DNA from: Planctomycetota bacterium
Lineage (GTDB): Bacteria > Planctomycetota > B15-G4
Direction of reading: 5' to 3'
Length of the DNA stretch: 64,000 nucleotides
Assembly (NCBI GenBank): GCA_038212275.1
Contig: JBBQUR010000006.1
Location: forward strand, 96,001-160,000
Shown: one piece after another, positions 39,866 through 47,305 of the stretch
Position numbering within the stretch: position 1 is the stretch's first letter
Layout of the letters: the number at the start of each line of letters is the position of its first letter
Notes under the pieces: generated by a model
Database searches by the model: none
What the model saw: only the letters and a program-made list of their open reading frames with translations
What the model was told of the DNA's origin: nothing
Program-made: the position numbers and the translations under genes

Positions 39866-40581
39866 GGCCCACCCTCGGCGTCGCGCGCGAAGTAAATCGC
39901 GACGGTCACGGCGAGTCGCACCGGCGGCGTGTCGAACGCCTGCAACTGCAAGCCCCATCGTTCCGGTTCGATGCGACGCAGCGAGCAGCTGAGCACCCCG
40001 GCGAACGGCAGCCCGCCCGTCGGCTGCGGAGTGAGGCGTTCGAGGACGCCGACCGCCTCCGTGAGGCTGCAGCTGAGGACGATGCTGGCCTGCATCTGCT
40101 CGAGCTGTTCGATGTGAGGTGTGGGCACGAGCTTGCCCCCGTCGGAGAGCTCCAGCACCTCCAGCCCCTTCGCGTCGCCCAGCGCCTCCAGCAGAAGGGA
40201 GAGCGCCTCTTCCGCCTCGGCCGAGCTGGCCCGCTGGGCGCGTACGCTGCTTCCGAGCCGGGACTCCAGGGCAAGGGCTCGATCCTTGCGCGCCTCCAGC
40301 AACTCGTCGAAGGCGGGCAGGGCCGCGGGCTCCTGCACTCCCGTGAGCCAATTCAGCCGGCGTCGGGCGAGTTCCGCGAGTCGGTCGCGGTCGCCCAGCA
40401 GGGCGCCGAGCTCCGCAGTGAGGTTGGGTGGCAAGCGCGCTTCCATGGCCTTGACCGAGGCCTCGCGTGCCAGCAGGTCGGCGTGTGCCAGGCGCTCCGC
40501 CGCCAGCGCCGGGCGTCCGACGACGAAGAACTCGGCCACCGCGGCCAGCAACAGGACGGCAAGCACCACCAGCGTCTTCAC
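39862..40581 (-). CDS. PilO/GspM-like inner-membrane alignment protein (putative)
   Basis: N-terminal TM helix, coiled coil, then an alpha/beta (ferredoxin-like) pattern; directly downstream of pilM-pilN with GTGA overlap. The call relies mainly on position. Confidence 0.55.
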   Translation of the reverse strand: MKTLVVLAVLLLAAVAEFFVVGRPALAAERLAHADLLAREASVKAMEARLPPNLTAELGALLGDRDRLAELARRRLNWLTGVQEPAALPAFDELLEARKDRALALESRLGSSVRAQRASSAEAEEALSLLLEALGDAKGLEVLELSDGGKLVPTPHIEQLEQMQASIVLSCSLTEAVGVLERLTPQPTGGLPFAGVLSCSLRRIEPERWGLQLQAFDTPPVRLAVTVAIYFARDAEGGP

Positions 40582-42050
40582 GAGACCGCCAGCTCCACGA
40601 CCCAGCGGGAAAGCGCCGAGCCCGGAGCCGGTTCAGGACCGCGCACGCGCACATCGGCCCAGTCGCCGCCAAAGGCCGCATTCAGGCGTTCGCCGAGCGC
40701 CTCATCCTGGCTCGGGTCCGCGTGCAGCGTCAGCGTCATGACGCCGGGGTGTCCCGGCTCGGCTGCGGACAGCCAGAGCTGCTCCAGGTGCAGGTTCGCG
40801 ACATCCAGTCCCGAGATCACGTCGGCGAGTCGAGCCAGGGCGCGACGCGGTTGAAGCGCTTCGGTGCGGCGCTGAGCCAGGCTGAGCAGGGCCTCCGCGC
40901 TCGCGGCGGCTTCCGCACGCTCCGCGGCCGTCTCGTCGCGGCGACGCTGCACGTCCGCGAGGCTGCCCGCCAGGCTGATGGGCAGCGCGGTCTGCAAGCG
41001 CGTCGTGTTCCAGCGGGCCAGCTCGCCGATGCCGACCAATGTCGCGCTGGCGACCAGCACGCTGGCGGCGATGGTCGGCACGCGACGCAGCGCCTCGCGC
41101 TCGGGGCTGGCCACTTCGATCGGGGCCGAGATGCGCCCGAGTTTCAGGCCGCAGAGCGCGAGCCCGAAGGCCTTGCCCATCGCCAGCGCCTGCTCGGGAG
41201 AATGGCCCTCGTGCGAGACGCGCCGTGCTGCACGGATGCGCTGCAGCGCGTCGAGGCGCGCGACACGCAGGCCCGTGGCCGAGCGCAGCGCGGTGGTGAA
41301 CGCCGCGTCACAGGCGCCCTCCTCGGTGAGCACGAGTTCGACCGGCGCAAAGGGCTGCTCCGGCGGGAGAAGGGTCGCGACCGCCGCGGCGATTTCCGCC
41401 TTGAACCGGGCGGCCAGCTCGGCGGGCTCGCCGTGCTGCAGTCCCAGCGGCAGGTGTCGCATCCAGACGCCGCCCGGCCGCGCGAGGACCAGCTCGCTGG
41501 CCACCTCGCCGACGGCGAGCAGCACCCGGTCCTGGTTCTGCGGCCGCTCGTGCTCCACGAACGAAGCCAGCGCGAAGCCGGGCGTCTCGAGCGCGTCGCA
41601 CGCGACGTGCCGCGAGACGAGCTCGGCGCGGAAGGCATCGACCGTGGCGCGCGGCAACGCCCACGTGAGCGCCTGACTTTCCAGCGGCCCGCGGCGCACG
41701 TGGTGGCGGATGACGAGGTCATCCTCGGGGCGGCCCGTTTCGGCCAGCACCTCGTAGCGCACGAGCTCGTCGAGTCGCGTACCGTCCAGCGCGGGGATGA
41801 GGTAGGTGCGGCTGAAGATCCCGCGCGACGGAGCGGAGATGACCAGCATGGTGCCACCGGAGACGGGATGCCTGGCCAGCAGCGCGGGCAGCGCATCGAG
41901 CGCGGCCTGCTGCGGGTCGCGTTCGCCCGCACAGCCCACGCGCCAGCTCGCCGTCCAGGTCACGCGCCGACCCGACCGGACCAGTCGCACGGCCTTCAGC
42001 GTGCCGTCCGAGAGGTCGATGCCGACGGCGCTCTGGCCGAAGAGGCTCAT
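40578..42050 (-). CDS. pilM: PilM (actin-like) - PilN-like fusion protein
   Basis: AVGIDLSDGTLKAVRL, LDELVRYE, RHLPLG, ELVLTEEGA, AFGLALCGL (PilM), followed by a TM helix, coiled coil and a small periplasmic domain (PilN-like). Confidence 0.72.
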   Translation of the reverse strand: MSLFGQSAVGIDLSDGTLKAVRLVRSGRRVTWTASWRVGCAGERDPQQAALDALPALLARHPVSGGTMLVISAPSRGIFSRTYLIPALDGTRLDELVRYEVLAETGRPEDDLVIRHHVRRGPLESQALTWALPRATVDAFRAELVSRHVACDALETPGFALASFVEHERPQNQDRVLLAVGEVASELVLARPGGVWMRHLPLGLQHGEPAELAARFKAEIAAAVATLLPPEQPFAPVELVLTEEGACDAAFTTALRSATGLRVARLDALQRIRAARRVSHEGHSPEQALAMGKAFGLALCGLKLGRISAPIEVASPEREALRRVPTIAASVLVASATLVGIGELARWNTTRLQTALPISLAGSLADVQRRRDETAAERAEAAASAEALLSLAQRRTEALQPRRALARLADVISGLDVANLHLEQLWLSAAEPGHPGVMTLTLHADPSQDEALGERLNAAFGGDWADVRVRGPEPAPGSALSRWVVELAVS

Positions 42051-42919
42051 GTCTCGCGCATCAGCTCCATGACCCGCTGAATGTCCTGCCACGTGGGCAC
42101 CTTTGCCGCGGGATTCCGCAGCAGATAGGCAGGGTGGTAGGTGGTGATGACAGGAATCCCGCGCCAGTCGTGCGTCCGGCCGCGCAGGGCGCCCATGGAC
42201 TCCTCGGTGTCGAGCAGGCGGCGCGCCGCGGTGGCGCCGAGCGTGCAGATGACCCGCGGCGCGATGGCCAGGAGCTGGCGGTCCAGGAAGTCGGCGCAGG
42301 CGGCGGCCTCGGCGGGCTCGGGCACGCGGTTGCCCGGCGGCCGGCACTTCACCACGTTGGCGATGAAGACCTCGGCTCGGGTGAGCTTCATGCCCTTGGT
42401 GATGATGTCTTCGAGCAGCTGCCCTGCGCGACCGACGAAGGGGCGACCCGTGCGATCCTCGTCCGCCCCAGGCCCTTCGCCGACGAAGACGACCTGCGCG
42501 CGCGGATGCCCTTCGCCGGGCACGGTCTTGCCGCGCGTCTCGCACAGGACGCAGGCGCGGCACGCGGCCACTTCGGCGGCGACGGCCGCCAGCAAGGACT
42601 CGCCATCCTCCGCCGGCTGCCCTCGCACCGGCTGCCCTCGCGCCGGTTGCCCTCGCGCCGGTTGCCCTTGCGAGGATGGCCGTTGCGCGGATGGTCCTCG
42701 CGCTGGCTGCCGCGCAGCCGATGTCGCGGCAGGCACAGCGGGCGCCTGCCCGCCCCGCTCAGGCTTGCCCGACGCGGCGGACGCAGCGGGCGTGATGGAC
42801 GCGGCGGGTGCGGCGGGTGCCGGTTGCGCGCTCGCGCCGGACAGCGGCAGCGCTTTCACGCCCGCCGCCTGCATCGAACGAAGGTAGCGGGCCGCGCTCT
42901 CGTGCATGGGGCGCGTCAT
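42047..42919 (-). CDS. Uracil-DNA glycosylase, family 4 (4Fe-4S), with low-complexity N-terminal linker
   Basis: CRACVLC, VGEGPGADED, PFVGRAGQLL, NVVKCRPPGNR, TYHPAYLLRNP. Confidence 0.92.
   Translation of the reverse strand: MTRPMHESAARYLRSMQAAGVKALPLSGASAQPAPAAPAASITPAASAASGKPERGGQAPAVPAATSAARQPARGPSAQRPSSQGQPARGQPARGQPVRGQPAEDGESLLAAVAAEVAACRACVLCETRGKTVPGEGHPRAQVVFVGEGPGADEDRTGRPFVGRAGQLLEDIITKGMKLTRAEVFIANVVKCRPPGNRVPEPAEAAACADFLDRQLLAIAPRVICTLGATAARRLLDTEESMGALRGRTHDWRGIPVITTYHPAYLLRNPAAKVPTWQDIQRVMELMRET
42611..42672. repeat. 15-bp coding tandem repeat (~4 copies, GQPAR-like) in the UDG linker
   Basis: (C[G/A]CCGG[C/T]TGCCCT[C/T]G)n; protein ...QGQPARGQPARGQPVRGQPAE... Confidence 0.75.
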
Positions 42920-43728
42920 GGTAGCGATCCTCCCGCCGCGCCGCCCGCCTGCGCCGGCGCCGCCCGCGCGGACGCAGGCCCGTCGGCCGTCGAGGCTGCT
43001 GCGAGGACGGCCAGTGCGAGTGCGGCCGTCTCCACGCGCAGCACGGTGCTGCCGAGGCACACGCGCCGTGCGCCGCAGGACATCGCCTGTTCCTGCTCGG
43101 CTGCGGTGAAGCCGCCTTCCGGTCCGACCAGCGCGACCAGCCCGCGCTGTGCGGAGCGCGCCGGCACGCCGGCCGCCGCGCTGTCCCGCTCCGCCGCGTT
43201 GTCCCGCTCAGGCGCGCTGTCCGGCTCCGGCGGGCTGGCCAGCCAGAGTTCAGCCTGCGCGGCCGCGGCGGCGGCGAGCACAGTTCCCAGCGGGGCCGGT
43301 GCTTCCACGGGCATGCGGTGCAGGCGACCGCACTGCAGCAGCGCTTCGTCCGAGAGCCGGGCCAGGCGCTGCAGTCGCGCGGCTCCCAGGTCGCGCTCGC
43401 CGTAGCGCGTCTCGAGCAGAAGCAGCCGGCTCACGCCGAGTTCGCAGGCCTTTTCCACCAGCCACTCGAGTCTCGGGAGTCGCGGCACGGCCACGGCGAG
43501 CGTGACGGCAAAGGGGGCGGCCGGCGCCTGCGGCGCGCGCGACTCGATGTGCACGCGGCCCGGCGCCACGAGTCGCGCCCGCGCGCAGCCGCCTCGGCCG
43601 TCGACGAGAATGGTCTCGTCACCGACGCGCAGCCGCAGCACGCGTTCGACGTGATGTCGCGTGGGTGCGTCGAGGGCCAGTTCATCGGCGCGCAGGTCGG
43701 GCAGCAGGCAACGCGGGATGTGAGCCAT
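42916..43728 (-). CDS. rsmE: 16S rRNA m3U1498 methyltransferase
   Basis: HHVERVLRL, EWLVEKACELGV, EALLQCGR, LVGPEGGF, LGSTVLRVETA. Confidence 0.9.
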   Translation of the reverse strand: MAHIPRCLLPDLRADELALDAPTRHHVERVLRLRVGDETILVDGRGGCARARLVAPGRVHIESRAPQAPAAPFAVTLAVAVPRLPRLEWLVEKACELGVSRLLLLETRYGERDLGAARLQRLARLSDEALLQCGRLHRMPVEAPAPLGTVLAAAAAAQAELWLASPPEPDSAPERDNAAERDSAAAGVPARSAQRGLVALVGPEGGFTAAEQEQAMSCGARRVCLGSTVLRVETAALALAVLAAASTADGPASARAAPAQAGGAAGGSLP

Positions 43729-43847
43729 GGGGAGGCATGTGATACCGTTCGCCCCCTGCGCTCGTCCAAGCGCCGCTGCGCGGCCGGGCTCGGATGCTCG
43801 ACGCTCCGTGCTGCGGTCGTGTTCCGCTGTCGTCGCCCGGAGTCCCC

Positions 43848-45308
43848 ATGCGCCTGTCCGCCGCGCCCGCGTCCGCACTCAAGTCCGCCACACCGTTGCT
43901 CGCGCTGCTCGTGGACAGTGCCACGCGTGCGGAACTTCCCGGAGGCGTGCTCGGCGCCCGCGCCGCAGCGCTGATCAAGAGCGGCGTCTTCAAGGCGGAG
44001 CCGCGCAAGGCGCTCGTGCTGCACGCCGAGTCTCGCGGGGGGGCGCGTGCGCTGCTGCTCATCGGCATGGGCAAGGTCGGCGAGCTGACGGCCGAGGACT
44101 TCCGTCGCGCCGGCGCGATCGCTGCCTCTCAGGCGGCCGAGCTGCGCGCCGAGTCGCTCGTGCTGGCCGGCGCCGGCGACGTGCGCCTCGACGGGGAGCA
44201 CCTGCAGGCCGTGGGCGAAGGTCTCGTGCTCGCCGGCTATCGCTATCCGGCAAAGCGTGACGACAAGGCTTCTGCGCCGCCGAAGAAGGCGCAGGTCGTC
44301 ACCGCGCTGCGGAGCGCCCCGGAGGTGCTTGCCGCCGCGCAGGCGCTCGGCGAGGCGGCCAACCTGGTGCGCGAACTGGGCGACCTGCCCGGCAACACCG
44401 TGACGCCGCGCTACCTCGCCAGGACCGCGCAGGCCGTTTCGCGCAAGGGCAAGCTGCGCTGCCGGGTGCACGGCAAGCGCGAGCTGCAGCGCATGAAGAT
44501 GGGCGGCATCCTCGCGGTGAACCAGGGCTCCACGCAGGAGCCCTTCCTCATCGAGATGGAATATCGCGGCGCGCGTCCCAAGGTCACGGTGTGCATCGTG
44601 GGCAAGGGCCTCACCTTCGACTCGGGCGGCATCTCGCTGAAGCCCGCCGACAAGATGGAGGAGATGAAGTACGACATGTGCGGCGGCGCCGCGACCATCG
44701 GACTCATGCAGGCGCTGTCCGTGCTGAAGCCCGCGGGGTTGCGCGTCATCGGCATCGTCGGCACGACGGACAACATGCCGGGGCCGAACGCCTACAAGCC
44801 GGGCGACGTGGTGACGACCGCGTCGGGCAAGACCATCGAGGTCATCAACACGGACGCCGAGGGACGCGTCGTGCTCGCCGACGCGCTGCACTTCGCGCGA
44901 CGCTTCGACCCGGACGCGATCATCGACATGGCGACCCTCACGGGTGCCATCGTGGTCGCGCTCGGCAGCGAGACCGCGGGCCTGTTCACGAAGGACGACG
45001 GCCTCGCGAAGCGGCTGCTCGCCGCGGGCGACCGCACCGGCGAGAACGTCTGGCGCATGCCGACGTATCCCGCCTACGCCGAGAAGATCAAGAGCCGCGT
45101 CGCGGACGTGAAGAACAGCTCCGGCCGCGAAGCCGGTTCGTGCACCGCGGCCGCCTTCCTCTTCACCTTCACCGAGGGTGTGCCGCACGCGCACCTCGAC
45201 ATCGCCGGCACCGCGTGGAACGGACGTCGGCGCGACTATCACCTCGAGGGCGGTACCGGCTTCGGCGTGCGCCTGCTCTACGACGCCCTCCTGCACTGGA
45301 ACGACTGA
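43848..45308 (+). CDS. pepA: Leucyl aminopeptidase (M17)
   Basis: VGKGLTFDSGGISLKP, MKYDMCG, NTDAEGRVVLAD, DMATLTGA, HLDIAGT. Confidence 0.95.
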   Translation: MRLSAAPASALKSATPLLALLVDSATRAELPGGVLGARAAALIKSGVFKAEPRKALVLHAESRGGARALLLIGMGKVGELTAEDFRRAGAIAASQAAELRAESLVLAGAGDVRLDGEHLQAVGEGLVLAGYRYPAKRDDKASAPPKKAQVVTALRSAPEVLAAAQALGEAANLVRELGDLPGNTVTPRYLARTAQAVSRKGKLRCRVHGKRELQRMKMGGILAVNQGSTQEPFLIEMEYRGARPKVTVCIVGKGLTFDSGGISLKPADKMEEMKYDMCGGAATIGLMQALSVLKPAGLRVIGIVGTTDNMPGPNAYKPGDVVTTASGKTIEVINTDAEGRVVLADALHFARRFDPDAIIDMATLTGAIVVALGSETAGLFTKDDGLAKRLLAAGDRTGENVWRMPTYPAYAEKIKSRVADVKNSSGREAGSCTAAAFLFTFTEGVPHAHLDIAGTAWNGRRRDYHLEGGTGFGVRLLYDALLHWND

Positions 45309-45309
45309 C

Positions 45310-45777
45310 ATGTTGAAGCTGCTGCTCGCCTTGTCCCCCGAGCGCTTCGGCGCGATCTACCTCGCGCTGCCCCCGGAGCTGGCGCGCGCGCTGGACGGCG
45401 CCATCGCGACGATGCTCCATGCGCGGCCGGCCATGGTGGCGCGTCAGCCCGCGGCGGTACGCGTCAAGGCGTTGCGCGCCTTCCTCATGCGGACGCGCGA
45501 CGAGGCCCTGGCCGGCGACCTGCTGCGCGCCTACTTTCTCGGGCCGCGGCTGCCGCTCGTCGTGCAGTTCCTCGACGCCACCGGAGTGAAGCACGAGAAG
45601 GGCCAGGTCGGCGAGGACGGCAAGCCCGACCCGGCCAAGGTGCCCGAAGCGATTGCCGCACTGAACGCCGCGCACGATCCGCAGGACGTGCAGCTCTACC
45701 TTGTCATCGCCGCCATGCAATGGCCCGACGTGGCGGAGATCAAAGCCGCGATGGTCGCGCCAGCCGTGCCGGCCTGA
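45310..45777 (+). CDS. Hypothetical helical protein, probably co-transcribed with pepA
   Basis: ATG 1 bp after the pepA stop; host-like codon usage; FLDATGVKHEKG segment looks conserved. Confidence 0.65.
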   Translation: MLKLLLALSPERFGAIYLALPPELARALDGAIATMLHARPAMVARQPAAVRVKALRAFLMRTRDEALAGDLLRAYFLGPRLPLVVQFLDATGVKHEKGQVGEDGKPDPAKVPEAIAALNAAHDPQDVQLYLVIAAMQWPDVAEIKAAMVAPAVPA

Positions 45778-45924
45778 GCCCTCGTTCCGCGGGAAGCACG
45801 CCTCTCTCGTGGGCACGTGCGGGAGCACTCGTGTCCAATTGAGGCACTGCCTCTACTGGACACATCGCGCGACGGGACCCCGCACGCGATGCGGCGTCGA
45901 TCGTGTTGGCGGCGCCGGCGCGCG

Positions 45925-46932
45925 TCAGAGATCGACCTCGGGCGTGAAGAAGGCGGCGCCGGCCTCTTCGGGCAGCGGCCTGCCTGTCATGCGCGCACGC
46001 CGCAGCAACTCCCAGTGGAAGCGGTAGCTGGCGCGGTCGTGCAACAGGCCGTCGTGGCGGATGGGACCCCAGTGCGCGCGCTGTGCGGCGAGCAGCACGG
46101 CGCCCGCCGTGGAGACCTCGCCGTCGTCGGGCGCGAAGGCCGCAGCGATCGGCGCGATTTGCGACGGATGAATGGACCACATGCGCAGGAAGCCGAACTC
46201 GCGGCGCGCGCGCAGAGCATCCGCGCCGGCCTGCTCGGGGTGATCGAGGTCCGTGGTCACGTTGTGTGACGGCACGAGGCCGTGCGCGAGCGCCGCCGCG
46301 ACGATGGTCGACTTCGCCCGGCGCACGAGTGCGTGCTCGAATTGCCCCGGGGAGCGCATGGCCTCTGCGCCGATCGCGCCGTGGTGCGCGCTGACGAAGT
46401 CCATCAGGCCGAATTCCAGCGTCGCCATCCACGGCAGCGCGGCGATGCGGAAGGCATCCTGCAGTGCGCCGTGCGTCTCGATGAGCACGTGGATGGGAAT
46501 CTCGCGCCCGACCTTCGCCGCCGCACACGCATTCTGGATGTACGTGAGCATCTCCACGACCTGCCGCACCGACGTGGCCTTGGGCAGCGTGATGTGCGCG
46601 AGCCGCGCGCCGGCGCCGCGCACCAGCTGGTCGACGTCCTGACGCCACCACGGGCTCGACCAGTCGTGGATGCGCGCTCCGGCCTTGCCCAGCGCGTTGG
46701 TCGGCCCGGCCAGCAGCTCCACGACGAGTTGCGCGTGCTCGCGCTCCCGACCGGCCGTCGCGCCGTCCTCGAGATCCAGCGTCACGTCGAAGACGGGGCC
46801 GAGTTCGGACTGCAGCGCGAGCGCACGGCGCATGAAGCGCTCGGTGCCGGCGTAATGATCGCAACTGGGGATCACGGGGAACTGGCGCTCGCCCTCGAAC
46901 AGCGCCTCGTCGGGATGCAGCAGTTTGCCCAC
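45925..46932 (-). CDS. HpcH/HpaI aldolase / citrate lyase beta (CitE-like) family protein
   Basis: CDHYAG, TLDLEDGA, ITLPK, HVLIETHGA, FGLMDFVS, RMWSIHPSQI, HDRASYR. Confidence 0.85.
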   Translation of the reverse strand: MGKLLHPDEALFEGERQFPVIPSCDHYAGTERFMRRALALQSELGPVFDVTLDLEDGATAGREREHAQLVVELLAGPTNALGKAGARIHDWSSPWWRQDVDQLVRGAGARLAHITLPKATSVRQVVEMLTYIQNACAAAKVGREIPIHVLIETHGALQDAFRIAALPWMATLEFGLMDFVSAHHGAIGAEAMRSPGQFEHALVRRAKSTIVAAALAHGLVPSHNVTTDLDHPEQAGADALRARREFGFLRMWSIHPSQIAPIAAAFAPDDGEVSTAGAVLLAAQRAHWGPIRHDGLLHDRASYRFHWELLRRARMTGRPLPEEAGAAFFTPEVDL

Positions 46933-47183
46933 GGGGAGCAGTATCCATGCGCGGGCGCCGAGTCGAAGAGTTCATCCCGCGGGAGCGGCACGCCTCGGGC
47001 GGAAGCGGCGCGCTGCAGCCGGGAGCGGCGTGCCGCGGCGCCCGGACGTCGGCGCGCGGCTGTCGGCGCGCGGCTGCCCTTCCGTGGCGCACGTCGCCCT
47101 GCTATCGTCCGCGCCTCGCGACGAGCCCTCGTCGGCAACGTGCCGGGGCACCTGGTGCCCGGCAGGGCGTCGCGGCGACCTCC

Positions 47184-47259
47184 GGCGGCATAGCCAAGTT
47201 GGTAAGGCAACGGATTGCAAATCCGTTATTCCCCGGTTCGAATCCGGGTGCCGCCTCCA
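47184..47259 (+). tRNA. tRNA-Cys (GCA)
   Basis: Acceptor stem GGCGGCA/TGCCGCC, anticodon arm ACGGA-TTGCAAA-TCCGT, T arm CCCGG-TTCGAAT-CCGGG, discriminator U, encoded CCA. Confidence 0.96.
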
Positions 47260-47305
47260 TCGCCGCGCTTGCGCCGGCCCTGCGGAGATCGAGGTGCCCG
47301 ACGCG

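Noticed and set aside
27438..42050. Calling the locus a canonical T2SS, type IV pilus or Tol-Pal/TonB system
   Set aside because: ATPase, GspF/PilC, (pseudo)pilins, TolA/TolB/Pal, TonB and TBDT were not recognised in the window; they could be encoded elsewhere
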